Positions 12,903 to 26,677 of a stretch of DNA of 64,000 bases are shown here, piece by piece. The notes under the pieces were generated by a model, which did no database searches, was not told where the DNA came from, and was given only the letters and a program-made list of their open reading frames with translations. The position numbers were made by a program, and so were the translations under genes. This stretch comes from Lama guanicoe. Its lineage: Eukaryota. Position 1 is the stretch's first letter; the number at the start of each line of letters is the position of its first letter. Where the stretch lies: contig MU053810.1 of the NCBI GenBank assembly GCA_013239625.1, forward strand, positions 1,499,518 to 1,563,517, read 5' to 3'.

Positions 12903-14130
12903 TTTTAGTACCTGCAGGGAGCAAGAAATATATCCTTTGGTTTAATTCAATATCATTTTTTTTAACGTGTTATTTCTTTCTGCAAAGGATTGCTGTTTCA
13001 ATATTTTTTAAGAAAGTAGATCCCAAAGATTTCTATAGGTTTTACATTAAAAACAAGTAAGCATTTTTTTTAATTTTGGTTCAAGATAATTGGCCATATG
13101 TTGGCTGAGACAGAAAGCAAAAATTGTTTTCTTCTGGAAGGTAAAAACCAAATATACTTTTTAAAATACATTTTTAATATCAGAGGAAAGGAATATTGGG
13201 CCTGCTAAATATGTGGTTTAAATAATGATAACTCACAAAATATATGTTGGAACTCTGACCCATTCAAGCTAATTATCCACACAAATAATACGACACAGTA
13301 TTTTCTAAAGAGAGGGGCCAAAATGAATGAATCAAAACAAGATGCCATTTTGGGAATGCCAAATCTGGGAAAACATTTTTATCTGAATACGAGAAAGAAT
13401 GCTTTCATGCTGATTAATCATACTTTTGTTTCTAGGGCTAAAATAACCACCAGCCTGGCACACAATCTTAGGTAAAACCTGAAAATAGCACTTGTAAAAC
13501 CTTCTTAGTACCCTGATTTATGTTGGATTTTGTCTACTGATTTAAATGTAGTTTCTTTAAGAGCATTTGAAGTGAATATCCCCACATATATTGTAATTGC
13601 TATAATTTACTGTAAAGTTTTATTATTTGTGGATATTTTTTACATTTGATTGATCAATTTAACATAGTTTTAAATTTAATTAATAATAATTATAAATCCT
13701 GTCTTATGGCTTTATGGTTAGCGTCATCTTGACTAGTATTGTGGCTTGGGCTCAGAATTAATTGTCCTCATATGCTTTGCCTTACACGACAGCAGGAAAT
13801 TATATTACAACCAGATCTGGTGGCCAGACCAGTAACATTTTCCCCAGGAGGCAAAGTTCTATTTTTGCTTCAACATTCTTATAATATGTATGCCAAATGC
13901 CATTTTTTCTTAAACCTCATAATCTTTCTGAAACTCTCTAAAGTATAAATAATTTGAAAAGCAAACAATAGAACAATTTTCAGGAGTGAGTGCTTTTTAT
14001 CAAAATAATTTGCCTTTCTGCTAATGTTAAACATTATAGTGAAAGTGCTGTGAGATGTTGATTTTTAGAAAAATGGGGAAAATGGACCCTGGATGAGAAT
14101 TAACTAAGTCCTTTAATTATGCTTGGGATG

Positions 14131-14530
14131 ATTATTCGCTGAGCAACTATTATATGCATTGTGCTAGGCAATGAAGATGCAGTGATGATTGGAATACAGA
14201 TCCTTCTAAGAGAGTACAGGCAAGTTGATTGGATAAATAAGTAACCATATTCTCAGGAGAGTGGGAAGGGAACTCAGGAAGGAGTTCACATTAGGCTGTA
14301 GTCACATTCAAGATAGACGTAGTGTGGGTTTGAAAGGTGAGTCAAGAGGGGCTTCCTGAGGAGGTGACACCACCCCTGAGTTCAGAAGGGTAAGTGAGAC
14401 TTGAGAAAGCCAGGAGGGAGAAGTATTCCTGGCAGTGAGGGTCAGTTTAATCAATGCCCAGAGGAGACCGAGAGGATGATGCCTGGAGAAAAGACCACAA
14501 TTCATTGCGGCGGGAGAAGATTGCAGGAGA
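14131..14530 (-). mobile_element. L2 fragment
   Basis: 'ttcgctgagcaactattatatgcattgtgctaggcaatgaagatgcagtg' and 'gggcttcctgaggaggtgaca' are reverse-L2 motifs. Confidence 0.7.
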
Positions 14531-15789
14531 GGGAATAGAGAGGTGGGGCTCACTCTTCGCTCGCTGGTTTACCAGGGGAGGAGTAGTTTTTGGATAGACT
14601 CTCGATACTATATTCTGGTTAGACGCATTGAGAATTAAGAAAGGGGGAGGAAAGTAATCTAGTTATGTAGGGCCACGGGTTCTCTGAAAGTAGGGGCAGC
14701 TCTTTACCTGCGGTCAGAAAAGACTCCTCTCCTGGGTCCTCTGCACAGCAGGGCAGTAGGGAACTCTGGGTTACATTCTTTTGCTTTCTCTTGAGCATAA
14801 GCAGTCAGAAGGCTGATGAAAAAACTTAGCTCTTTTTTATTCTTATGAAATGTATTTTCCCAGAGGTAGAACTGAACTCTGTTGCACTTTGCACATTTAG
14901 GGATAAGCTTTTATATGCTCTGAAGTCCTGCCTTCTCATTCTTGAACTGAATGGACCAAAAGATACCTTCTTTGGTTTTGTGTTTTTAAGGCTTTCTTAC
15001 ATCATGATCATTGACTTTGCTACTTTCCTGCCATTTATCATCCCAAAATACAACAGGAAGGAAAAAGGACCTGAAGGTCCCCATGGAAGTTCACATTGTA
15101 AGTCTGTTGCTTTTCGTTTCAGTCTCAGCCATCTCAGGAAGCTTATAAAGAATTGAAATTTTAAAAATGGTACATCTAGAAAGAACACACTATTAATGGC
15201 TACAGTAAATAGAAAGCAGGTTTTTACAGTTGTTTGACACATCTTTCGAAGCTATCTCAGGAAATCTCACAGCTTTAATTTCCAACTGCTGGACACATGA
15301 TGAACCCCTACACACTGATGCCCTGAACCCTCCCGCCTCCGTTTCCTAGCAGGCACACAGAATCTGTTATCCCCTGTGGGTTTTTGGCATTTTAGCCATA
15401 CCGAAGAGGCTTGCACTGTCCTGCCATTAAAAAAAAAAATTAGGACCTTATGAAGAAAATAGTTCACACAGGTGCAGAGGGATTTGTGAACACATTGTCG
15501 TTGTTTTTACCTCATTATAGTGACAGGGATGTATCGTAGCTTGAAATGCTCCATTGCAGGACAAATACAAAGGTAATCAAAAAGTAGTAGACAGATCATA
15601 ACACCATGACAGTGTCCTCTCAAACTGTACCAGAGTGACACATCTTGTTTATTACAACTTATCCTTTCTTTGATTCTTTGAACTAAAAGTTCTTGCTCAG
15701 CTGTAATCTTATCAGTGAGGACTGTCTTGACGTTAATTTAATCTAGTTAATTGTTTGTGCTGCTCCCCCAGTATCCATCTCTGCTCCGT

Positions 15790-15983
15790 TTCCCCCATGG
15801 CGCCTGTCTTCCAGCATAACACATGACCACCTTGTGTACTGTTTACCCCATGTCCCCTTTCTTTAGTGTAAGTCCTGTGAGGGCAGGAATTTCTGTCTGT
15901 TTTATTCACTCCTATATCTGCAGGGTGTAGATGCATGCCTGGTATGTATTAGGCATTTAATAAATATTTGTTGAATGAATGAA
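15790..15983 (+). mobile_element. L2a 3' end
   Basis: 'tgtaagtcctgtgagggcaggaatttctgtctgttttattcact...gcctggtatgtattaggcatttaataaatatttgttgaatgaatgaa'. Confidence 0.88.
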
Positions 15984-18224
15984 AAATACCTCTTCAGGGA
16001 TAACTAGGCTGAAATGCTTATTTAGAGCAATGGGTGAGTTATCTTTCTTTAGCAGGAACTGGTGAGTTATTTTTCTTCAGAAAATCCAGGAGTTTCTGGG
16101 ACCCTTAGCTATAAAATAGTCCAGAAAGTGAATGAAGGCATCGTGAAGGCAGCTCCAGTGAAGTAGGGGAAGAATTGCAGAATGTGGCCACGGCAGTGTC
16201 ATCCCTGGGGTGAAGTTCAGTCCTATGATGCTGAGTTCCCAGATGTCAAGGAAACACTGGTAGCAGTTTTGGGGTGGTCATGAAAATACCAGTAACCTGG
16301 ACGGTGGTGACAGCCCCATTAGAGGCTGTAATAAGCCCGAGGAACATCTAAACGGGGCGGTAGTGGAAATCAGGACAGGGAATCTGTGGCTTCATAAAGA
16401 GAAGCAGCCCAGCAGAGACGGTGTCAGCCTTTAGCTCTTTTGTCGTAAGAACACCCTGTACTTACTTCTGTGTTTTTGTAGTTTTGCCCTTAAATGCCTA
16501 GTAAAGTTCTTTGAAAAATTTTGAGATTGGCTTAGCTCAGCTAAGTGGAAAAGCATCTCAGCCACACCTAGACAAATGTGGTTTGGAGTGTTGGAATGCT
16601 CCAGAGGGAGGGGTGGCAGCTGTTGAGTTGGGAAATAGGGTGGAGTGGTGGGGGGTTGCTGGGCAGGGAGCTAGAAACAAGGTGGGGGCGGCTGGGGTTG
16701 GGTAAATATCCATCATCTCCCTCCAGGGTGCTCTCCAGCTATGAGGGTCTGTGGTCACGGGACATAGATTTTCTCTGGGCGAGGTCAACCCAAATGTAGA
16801 CAGCTTCATTTTGTTGCACCCTGAGAAATGCTTTTAAGGTTTCTCAGGATCTTCTTGAAGGTCACCAGTATGCGGGAAATAGTCTGGGACTGTTTTCTTA
16901 ACTACTCTTTTCCACATGTCTAATCTTTATACGGATTCAAATGATTGCACAAACTCTCCACATAACATTTTGGCTGTTTACATGACGCCAAAGAATTGTT
17001 TTGACAGAAAAACTCCTAATACAGCAAAAGGGTCGTTACTGGTTCAAAACAAGGGTGTTCATTGCAGTGTTTTTATCATGTGTGCCAGAGTGCACCATAG
17101 TTCTCGGCTGATGTTTGCCCTGGGGTTCCCAGAGTCCTTTGCTGCAGTGATGAGGGCAGGGTGAGCCCCGAGGGGCATCAGGAAGGATGCAGCTCTGCTC
17201 TGGGGAGAGATGCTAGTCTGTGCTGACTGTACCGCACACCTAGCAGTGTCTCTGCTCGCTTGTTTTCTCTTCTATAGATCTTTCTAGGCTCCGAGGTCAT
17301 GTGGCTCCAACGCTGCTTCCCACTAGTGGAGAGTTACTTCTTTAATCCAATGCTTTTCAGTGTCTACCTGCAGTGATTCTGGAATTGCCCCCAAAATTTA
17401 TTTAAAAATTCTCATAAAAATGCATAATATCTGCCCTTTCATTAAACATTGTAAGAAATTCCCTTTCATTTCTTTGATACCACAAAGATCTGTTTCTGCT
17501 GCAGAGTGGGATTAGGTGGGTGTGTGGGGGCCACGTGGTATTTCGTGCTCCCTTAAGTGGTCTGGAGTCAGAAAAGTTTTGAGAGTTAATTCTTGGAACC
17601 AATTTGCAGTTCTTATGAGGATATATGATAAAAGATCTGTCAGTTTTTTTTTTTCAAATCGTGGAACCAGATACCCATATTCTTCAAAGTGCAGACCTGC
17701 CTGTGGATGGCCATGAAAAGGCAGAGAAACAGGAGAAAATGGTAGGACAAACATGTAAAGCTTTTTTCACTGAAGATCCGCTCAAGCCAATAAATAGGTG
17801 GTTTGTGGAGCTCACCACACGATGGCAAGTGGTTTTCTCCACTGACTGCAGTCAGTGAAATCAGTAGAAAGAGAGGTCCTAGCAATGGGTCTGAAGAGTG
17901 AGTGGCATTTTCTGGGGAAGTGGCAGAAAAATGGCACGAAGCGGAAAGCATGGGGAGCATTTAAGATAAAGTCCTTTCTTCTGTTTAGAAACAACCCTTA
18001 TTAGGCAAACACAGACCACATTTCTATGAAACCATTGACTCTCCTCTTCCTGGTTAATATCGAGAGAGGCAACTCACCTTTTCAGGAATAGGAGGAATCT
18101 TACCGAGCTCAGAGGTCGCATCATCACACCCTCTCTTTCCTGTCCTGCTTCTTTCCACAGCCTCAGACAGTCATTGACTCTTGGACCTGTTTGTTATAAA
18201 AGACTTTGTAACATGTAGAAGTCA

Positions 18225-18650
18225 CAGGCGTAGACCCCCTGCCCTCAGAGAAGTGCATGTCTAAGAGAGGGGTAAAACACCAAACACTCAAAATATAGGA
18301 TGAAGTGTGCTCGGCGCCAAGGGGCTCAGAGAATCAGAAGCAGAAAAAGGAGTTTGCTTTTTGGGAGCTGGGCCGAGATGAGACAGAGGCTCCTTGAAAG
18401 CAGTGCCATTTGGGTTGATCATGGAGGGATGGATGCCATGTTTCAGCAGGCTGAGCTGAGGGCAGAGCACCTTCCAGGTAAAGGGATCCAAGGCTAGAGA
18501 AGTAGAGTGCTTGTCTCGGGCACTGGAAGGCTGCTGGAGGGTGAGTTAGGGGATTTGTCAGAAGCGAGGTGGGGAGTGTTCATTGGCGCTGTTTCTGGAG
18601 GTTCTTAAACCAGGCTAAGGAATTGAAACTGTATGATCTGGGAGAGTCAC
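18225..18650 (-). mobile_element. L2 fragment (degenerate)
   Basis: 'ccctgccctcagagaagtgcatgtcta', 'gagcaccttccaggtaaaggga' and 'caggctaaggaattgaaact' resemble reverse L2. Confidence 0.55.
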
Positions 18651-19874
18651 TGTCAGAAGTGTTGGGGAGGGGATCTCTTCATGGGGTGGATGCTTCATCT
18701 AAATGACTTCTCCAACACCTTCTTACAATATCATCCTCTGAGCCAATGATATTATTCTGATGGAGCATTTCAGGCTGACGTTCCCCTAAATTAAATCATA
18801 AAGCCAAAGCAGTTCCCAGGTGCTTCATAGTATATGCTCAGCCTTGTGCTTCAGTGGGATTTAACATGGAAAGTGGCATAAAAGGCAGAGCTGTATGCCG
18901 TGTTTATTTTTCAGTTAACATTAGAAGATGTACCAGGGGTGGAAAATAAAAAGGAAAGAAATGCTGAATGTAGTCAATGGCTCTTTCTCAGTTTCACTTA
19001 TTAACTGTGCCATGAAAAACAAGTACCTGAAAGGTGTACTTAACATCATGGAAGTAGAAGAATAATGTTTTTTCTTTTTTTTTTTTAAAGAAAGAATAAT
19101 CTGAGAGATTCAAAAAGGGATAATGTTAGTTTGTAGAAATGATTTTAAGTAGCAAATTTAAATAACAAGTTTAAGTCAGCTAACAACATTGGTAATTAAT
19201 GGTCATAGGGGTAGTAAAAATGTCCAAGATTTGTCAAGGAAATGATGAAAAATGCAATGGAAGTAAAGGCACTCTATGGGGTGTGTGTGCCTGTGTGCAT
19301 GTGTGTGTGAGTGCGTGTGTGCACAAGCTAATCACCGTTCAGTCTTCCCAAAATGTTCAGCTGAGTGCAAATAGGATTCAGAGTTCTTGCTGTGAATTTG
19401 TGCTTTACAGTGGAGATGGAAATACAAGTTAATGTAATTAGTTCATTTTTTCTGAGAAATCAACGGCAAAATTTTTTTCTTTCAACTGTATATTTTCCCT
19501 TAAGATAAAATAAAATTCAAGTTTGAGAATCAAAGAGGTGAATTTTTTATCATCTCTCACCTGTTCAATGTCACATAAAATATGGGGGCATTTTAATTAA
19601 GAGACAAAAGTTCAGCATGTTGATTTTCTTGATGAATGCAAATTTACTCCTGAGATTTTTGGTGACCTTTTTGCCTTGGGACAACAGCAACAAAAATCTT
19701 AGCATTTGCTTGGAGCTTTTTCTTCACAAAACCCCCCCACAAAGTTAGATGATAATCAGTGATGGAGATTATGAGTCCAAACACTGGTCCACAATTGATC
19801 CTTCCCCATTTCTTATTTTCAAGTCTTATTTGTATTATGGTTCTGGGAGAGAGGACAAGGAACCAGAAGGGAAA

Positions 19875-19912
19875 AACAAACAAACAAAACAAACAAACAA
19901 ACAAACAAAAAA
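19875..19912. repeat. (AAAC)n microsatellite
   Basis: Seen directly, with one AAAAC interruption. Confidence 0.9.
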
Positions 19913-22019
19913 CAGAGGTTAGGAGGGAGGGATTTAGGGTTACAGAGTAAGAGATCGTTTTCATTTGTGGCGAAATGAGTCTTGCTAGCTTTAGAAGATT
20001 ATTCTGAAGCCAATAAGAAAAATGTGTCCATCAAGATTTGAAAATCTTTGTAGAAACAGGTGTCTCCCCCAGCTGGACTGTGCTGCTTACCAAGCTATGA
20101 TGTCTGGTTTCTCAACCAGCATCATGCTGTAGGTCTAGTTTCCTCTATAAAAGGAAAAAGTTTTTAAAAATAATTCTTTAAGAGGAAACAAAGTATCACT
20201 AAATCAGAATCATTATGACAGAGTCATTTCTGAGTGAATCTAGTCATAGTAACCACTTATATCAGCATTTGTTTTTCTATTTAATTTCACAGGGTTTCTC
20301 AGACTCTTCATTATGACATTCTCTCTTGGTAGATAGAAGCATTTCTGCCTTTAACAAATGTTCACTGTTGTCAGGTTAAATATTATCTTTTGGCTAGGTT
20401 CTAGTTATGAAATTCAGATTTTTCCTCAGTGATATTACATTTCCAGTGCTTAAAAAACTCATACAAAAAGTATCTTATCTTTGGATAGTTAACATTAGCC
20501 ATGGATTGTCCGAATTGAAGGAAGCCTAGAAAACAGGTGGTTTTATTTAAAAATGCAAATTCAATCAAGGTTTGAAGATGGCCTCAAAATTTGTTTGAGT
20601 CCCGCTGACTATAAGAAGATTGAATTCGGTGGAGATAAAATGATATTAGTGATATTCTGATTAAAACTACTCTATCAGTGAGCTATCCTTACCCCCAATA
20701 GTTAATAGAAGCTAAAACGGCTGCAAGTCTTTCTGATTTATTAATTGCACTGCATAACTCTCACAGCTCAATTTGTTTTTATTGCCAAAGCAAATTATTT
20801 TGTGTCTTTTTTTTTCCTGCTAGTATTTTTTCAGCTTCAAATTACCCTGTCATCTTCTACACATTCGAGAGGACATATAAAATGAACTCTGGCTTTTTCT
20901 GGGTGTCATGCTATTTTGAAATGGCTCTCAATAGGCATTTTGATTTTCCCTCAGGATTGACAGCAAACTTGAGTCACAGCCTGGGGAAGCTAGAACAGAG
21001 GGCTTCTCCTGTACAAAGGTAGAGGATGTCTCCTTTTCATCGTATCGCCTGATTCTAAACTTGCTTAGTTTTTATTGATGCCACTGCCGAAGGCATGCTG
21101 ACTGGTCTTTAAAGTCAGTGAGCCATTCTTGTCTCTGCCAATAGTATTAGCCAGTGAATCATTGCAGAATCTGGGGACCCAAAGATCTTAGGCACCTATA
21201 ATGGAAAAAAAAAAATCCCTTGAAGGTAGGGGATTAAAGCAATGAGAGGACAGCTAATGAGTATTCTGAGAGTTACAACTTTGCAGAACACCATTAAGAA
21301 TAAAATATAACATGCAAAGTAGAAGCGTAATTACACTTGAAATTTCTAGGCTCACATTAGCATCAGTGACCTATAAAACATTGCATGGTTATTGTAGTGC
21401 TGGGCTTCAAGATGCCTTCAGCCAAGATTTGCTGATTAACGGGCAATTTCTTGTCTATCTAGAATATATATGTGCTCTTTTGTGTGAACTCAGGCAGCCT
21501 GTGAGTTTTGTTATCTCTAGGTGTGAATATATATATCAAATTATTCTATTTATTAAATTTTAAATGCCTATTAAGTGCTAGGCACTGTGTGCTTGCATTT
21601 TAACGCATATAGATGTTTAGTGATTTATTTACAAAGCACGTTACTGTTTGAAACTTTCTTTTTCCATTCAGCTGTTTCAGTATTGCATAGGGTAAGTCTG
21701 TGAGGAACTGAAAAAAACCACAGCTGCAATGAAAGTCGTTCAGGCACCGTGTTATTTACAAGCACCAAAGGACACTCACTCAGTTGTGAGCAAAGCATGG
21801 TCTTTTGCCTTAAAGAGACTATAACCAAATTATGGGTTTATTGAATTACTTATGCCATATCTACCTCCCAAAAGATATTTAGAGCAGAGCGGCCACATCG
21901 GTCTGTGGATGCAGGTGTGGGAGAGGATAAAGGGTAGAAGGGTGAAGGACAGAGCAAACAGAGTGGGACACAGAGGAAGTGAGCAAACACTTTAGAAGAT
22001 GAAGTGCATTCTAGAAATG

Positions 22020-22550
22020 CAAATGATGCAGCCAGCACATCTGGTAGGAGAAATTACAGAGTCTCCATGGTCCAGATGCCAAGGGAAGGATCACCCTGGA
22101 AGGATTATCTGTCTCCCAGGCAGAGATGGCACATGGGGTCAGTTGACATGTTAAAAATAAAAAGCGTTAATGTATTAAGTGCAATAAATAAATATGCAGT
22201 GCCTGTTTTGTGGGGAGGGAGGACATTATCAAAGGTATAGTTCTGGGGAACTGTGAGGTGTATTTGACAAATAACAGATAATTCAGAACTGTGTAGACAT
22301 GGGGGCGGGGCCAGGGGACTCCAAGAAGATGAACCACCCTACGGCTTTATCGTAGAAGGCCTTGCGTTGCCAGGGGAGGAAGTTGTCCTTACTAGGTGGT
22401 GAGAATCCATTGAAGGCATAAGATAAGAAACATGCAGTACAAGTGCATTTAAGAAGGATCAGTCTAGCTGTGTTCTAGAAGATGGCTTGGAGTATGAAGG
22501 AAGTGAGGGGCGACACCAGTTGGGAACTTACTGTGGGTAATATGGGTGAC
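22020..22550 (-). mobile_element. L2 fragments (degenerate)
   Basis: 'gagaatccattgaaggcataagataag...gtgcatttaagaaggatcagtctagctgtgttctagaagatgg' resembles reverse L2. Confidence 0.5.
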
Positions 22551-24420
22551 AAGGAGACAGTGCAGCATTGTGGCTGACCTACTTCTGATTTTGGTTGCCA
22601 GTAAGTGGATTTAGTAAACTTGCCCATAATTAATCTTTAGAAACTCTTAATCTAGGGGCTTTTTCTTTCCTCCTGTTGTTGTGCAATTGAGAAATAAAAA
22701 TCTTCTGATGGGGGTTGTGAAACAAATTTTCAGTTGCTTTGATTCATGGAGACTGAAATTATTCTGGAATAGCAGCATCACTCTGCTTAAGAAACCACAT
22801 GAGATAACATGTAAGACCATCCTTAAGGATAAAATGTGTACACATGGTTTCAAAACATTAAAAACACAACGTGATAATCAGTACTTTAATGCTTGGGTGA
22901 CCACTTTTTGAAGTACATTAACAAATACTGTTTTGGCATTTTATAGTATTTATTACATGGCCAACTTGAATAATAATTAAAAAAATTATTTTCTATTTAG
23001 AATCAGTGAGAAAAATATTCTTGATTAGACTTATTTTTAAAAACACATGACTTTTCCCCTCAATTTCTGTTTCTTTAAGCAGAAAATTTAATAAAATTTA
23101 AGATAACACAAATTCAGAGCTGCTTGCTTTTCATCACAAGATCTTAAAAATTTCACTTACATTTATTTTTGTTACAATGGCACACAGTAAACATCAATTC
23201 AGTATTCTACGATAGGGATGTTAACCTGGATATGACAATAAAGACTGAGCGGTCAGAGAATTTGCATCCTTTAATTAAAGAGAACAAGAAGCCCAGAAGG
23301 TCAATATCAGGAAATCAACAAAATGCTGAGGCTAATAATGGAAAGATGGAGGAAGAGGGCAGTCAGGCTTTGGAGAAACTGGATAATCAACTGGCAGATC
23401 CAGGACTAAAATCCAGTTCTGTCTGACTCCAAAGTCAGGCAGTTCTTTTTCAACACGGCTGTCCTGCTTCTGTAAGTAGTTGTCTTGAAGCCACATGGTA
23501 GAGCTTAAATCAATGCATCAAATAGAATAGTGTGAAAGGCTTATAAGACCAAATATTAGATGCTGCACTTGGATTCAAAGAAACAACTGTGATCGATTGG
23601 ATGAGATGTGGATACACAGTAGCAAGTGTTAAAAACATTTGCTTAATGTAAGTTCAACATTAGCACACTGATAAAGCCAGCCGAGGCTACCCCTTGACCT
23701 GCGTTCAAAGAAAAACAAAATTAAGAACAAATAAAATGACAGCCCCCTTTTATATTGGTTGCCTGTGCTGAGTCTTGGTTTTTGTGTTCATCTTACACTT
23801 CGAGGAAACTTAAAATTTATTAAGAAAATTAAAAAAAAAACAGCAGCAGAAAGTTAAAAAATGCTTGCCTTATAAAGATTGATAAAAAGAATGGATGGTG
23901 TTTAGCAGGATGTGAGAAAGCGTGGCTGATTGTGATAGATGTCCTCAAAACCCCACCTTCTTCTTTTCAATATGTAGCTGTATTTTGTTCAGATTTAAAA
24001 TCCATAGCATGAAACTCAAAACTGAAAATTATGTTCTTTTCTTCCTATTTTACTTCTGTGTGACTTACTCTGTGTCCTACATGAGTGCATAATAGTTTAC
24101 CTCAAAGGGCCGGTCATTTACTGTGAGGAGAGAGAAAAGAATACTGAGAACTCACTTACGCCCCCTATTTTTTTCTGGAATATTGCAATAGTTTAAATAT
24201 AGTTCTCCCTAGGATCTATATTTTGGCTTCTCTTCTGCAATTTCTCTCTCTCCTTTAAAAATTTTTTTTCAGCCTTGAAAACAGTCCTGAGGATGAAGAG
24301 AGGACAGTGAAAATTAAAATTAGTTCAATCATCTGGGCTCAAATTCTAGATGCATCTCAGTCATCCAGCTTCTCCTGCCTCAAATGCATCGGTGCCACAG
24401 AAGCTCATCTTTATTTAGAT

Positions 24421-25311
24421 CAGTGATGCTCAAACGCTTCCATCTCAGGATCCCTTGAAACTTTTAAAAATTATTGAGGACCCCAGTGATTTGTTTATTG
24501 TGAGTTATATCTCTCAATATTTGCTGTGTTAGGAATTGAAAGTGAATTTAAAATATTTACTGAATAATTCATTTTAAAATAACAAACCCACTCCATGTTT
24601 ACATAGATACCATTTTTTAAAAACAATACTGTATTCCTAAAAACAAAAAAATAACTTAGAAGAGTGGCAATATATTTTCCATTTTGGTAAATTTCTTGAG
24701 TATTCAGCTTAACAGAAGATGGCTAAAGTTGCCCATCTGCTTCAGCATTTAGTCTCTTCTGCTATCACACATCACATAACCCCTAGAAAATTCCATAGTA
24801 GAGTCATGATAGAATGAGGGCGAAAAAGACAAGTGCATTTGACCCTTGAACAGCATGGATATGAACAGCACAGGTCCACTTAAATGTGGATTTTTTAAAA
24901 TGAATATATTGGAAATATTTTGGAGATGTTTGACAATTTGAAAAAAAAGTAACATATGAACTATATAAATTAGAAAGCGTGAAAAGATTAAGAAAAAGTT
25001 AGGTGTGTCGTGAATGCATAAAATACATGTAGATATACAGATGACATACAAAATAGGTGTTAATTGACTATTTCTGTTATTGGTAAGGCTTCCGGTCAGC
25101 AGTAGGCTATTCCTAGTTAAATTTTTGAGGATTCAAAAGTTCTATGAGAATTTTCATTGAAGCCAGTGCCCCCAAACCTTCCTTCATGTTGTTCAAGGGT
25201 CAAGTGTAGTTTCTCAGTACTATTATGAAAATTGTTTTGACCTCCTGGTCCCCTTAAAGGGTCCCAGGAACACCTGTGGGTCCCCGGAGCACACTTCTTT
25301 GAAGAGCACGG
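24421..25311. mobile_element. MER20B-like hAT-Charlie element, split by a Tigger2a insertion
   Basis: 5' end 'cagtgatgctcaaacgcttccatctcaggatcccttgaaacttttaaaaattattgaggacccc'. 3' end 'tattatgaaaattgttttgacctcctggtccccttaaagggtcccagg...tccccggagcacactt'. Confidence 0.82.
24836..25206. mobile_element. Tigger2a/MER28-type TcMar MITE nested in MER20B
   Basis: TIRs 'catttgacccttgaacagcatg' and 'catgttgttcaagggtcaagtg' followed by TA. Internal 'ggtaaggcttccggtcagcagtaggctatt' is typical of Tigger2. Confidence 0.9.
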
Positions 25312-26413
25312 GTATAGCAGATATTACATGTATATTTTAAAATCTTTTAATTATGTCTCTTTGGTAGTTACAGATATTGTGTTCATTATAGTCTGGATCA
25401 TTGGCATTCAGTGATACTTCCCATCAGAGAAGCTAGTGATTAAAACTTGGAAAATAATTTATCTGAGCAGAAGTTTGACTTAAGAGTGAGGAGGTTAAAT
25501 TGTGTGTTTGTGTGTGTGTGCATGTGTGCTTACAGGTATATAACATACATGTAAGATGTGAATGTGTTCCCTGTTAATCCTTAGAGAATGAAGTAACACA
25601 GCCACTCAAAAAATAGCAGTGGTATCAAAGACAATATTTACCCCTGTCTTGGATGCAAAAGTGTTAAGACTTATTCAGGTCATTTGACACAAAATAAAAA
25701 TAAAATTGATTATTGCTTAAAATAGGATGGACAGCTTTGTATAATTACATAGACAACATCAGCAGGATGTAAGTCAGTTAAAGATGACATTAGTGCTGAG
25801 CCAGCCAAAAAGGGGAAGAAAACAAGCTTTTGGATTACTTCTGCACAGCCCACGTTCTGCCACGTGTAACTGTTTAATTGCACACTGAGGTGCAGTCTTG
25901 CGGAGGAAAACACGCATCACGCTGCTTCTGCCAGTGCTGGATGCTTCGATGTCCACCTGTGGGAGAGTATTAATGGACGTGCTCTAATTAAAGCTTTCAC
26001 CAGCGGAAGGGCTTTCCTTTCACACTTTTATTTTACTTTAGGTTTTTAAAATAAACAAGCAGACTGAGTTTTCAGCTTTGCCAAGAGATTAAGAAAGTAT
26101 TGTTGGTAAATACTTATCTGACTGAAGTGTGAATTTCACTCCCTGAGAGTTCTAAGGGAGGGAGAGGTGGCCTGAGGAGTCTGGGAGAAGGGCAGGCTGA
26201 GTGACAGTATTGTAACTAGAGCATGGCAGTGGGTCACAGGCAAACAGTCCCCAGGAGGGAAGTTCAGTACAGACGGGGGATTCATCACGTCAGGCACATG
26301 GAACAGAGACACACATAGTATCAGAAAAGAACATTCTTGCACAGATCCAGATGGCCAAGTGACGGGCATCTGAAAAGTGTGTCAGACAATGGGGGTTCGG
26401 GATCAGTCTGGCC

Positions 26414-26677
26414 ATACCTGGGGTAGATGGGGAGGGAAAGTATAAATTGGGAGTTCGAGATTTGCAGATACTAACTACTATGTATAAAATAGATAAACAA
26501 CAAGTTTCTGCTGTATAGCACAGGGAACTACATTCAATGCCTTGTAGTCACCTGTAATGAAAAAGAATATGAAAATGAATATATGTGTGTGTATGCATGG
26601 CTGAACTATTATGCTGTACACCAGAAACTGACACAGCATTGTAAACTGACTGTACTTCAATAAAAATTAAAAAAAAA
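26414..26677 (+). mobile_element. 5'-truncated L1 (cetartiodactyl-type 3' UTR) with poly(A) tail
   Basis: 'tataaattgggagttcgagatttgcagatactaactactatgtataaaatagataaacaacaag...tatagcacagggaactac...gtaaactgactgtacttcaataaaaattaaaaaaaaa'. Confidence 0.9.

Noticed and set aside
20955..21018. 64-nt plus-strand exon-like segment (IDSKLESQPGEARTEGFSCTK)
   Set aside because: The acceptor is reasonable, but the donor GTAGAG is weak and the peptide is unrecognised.
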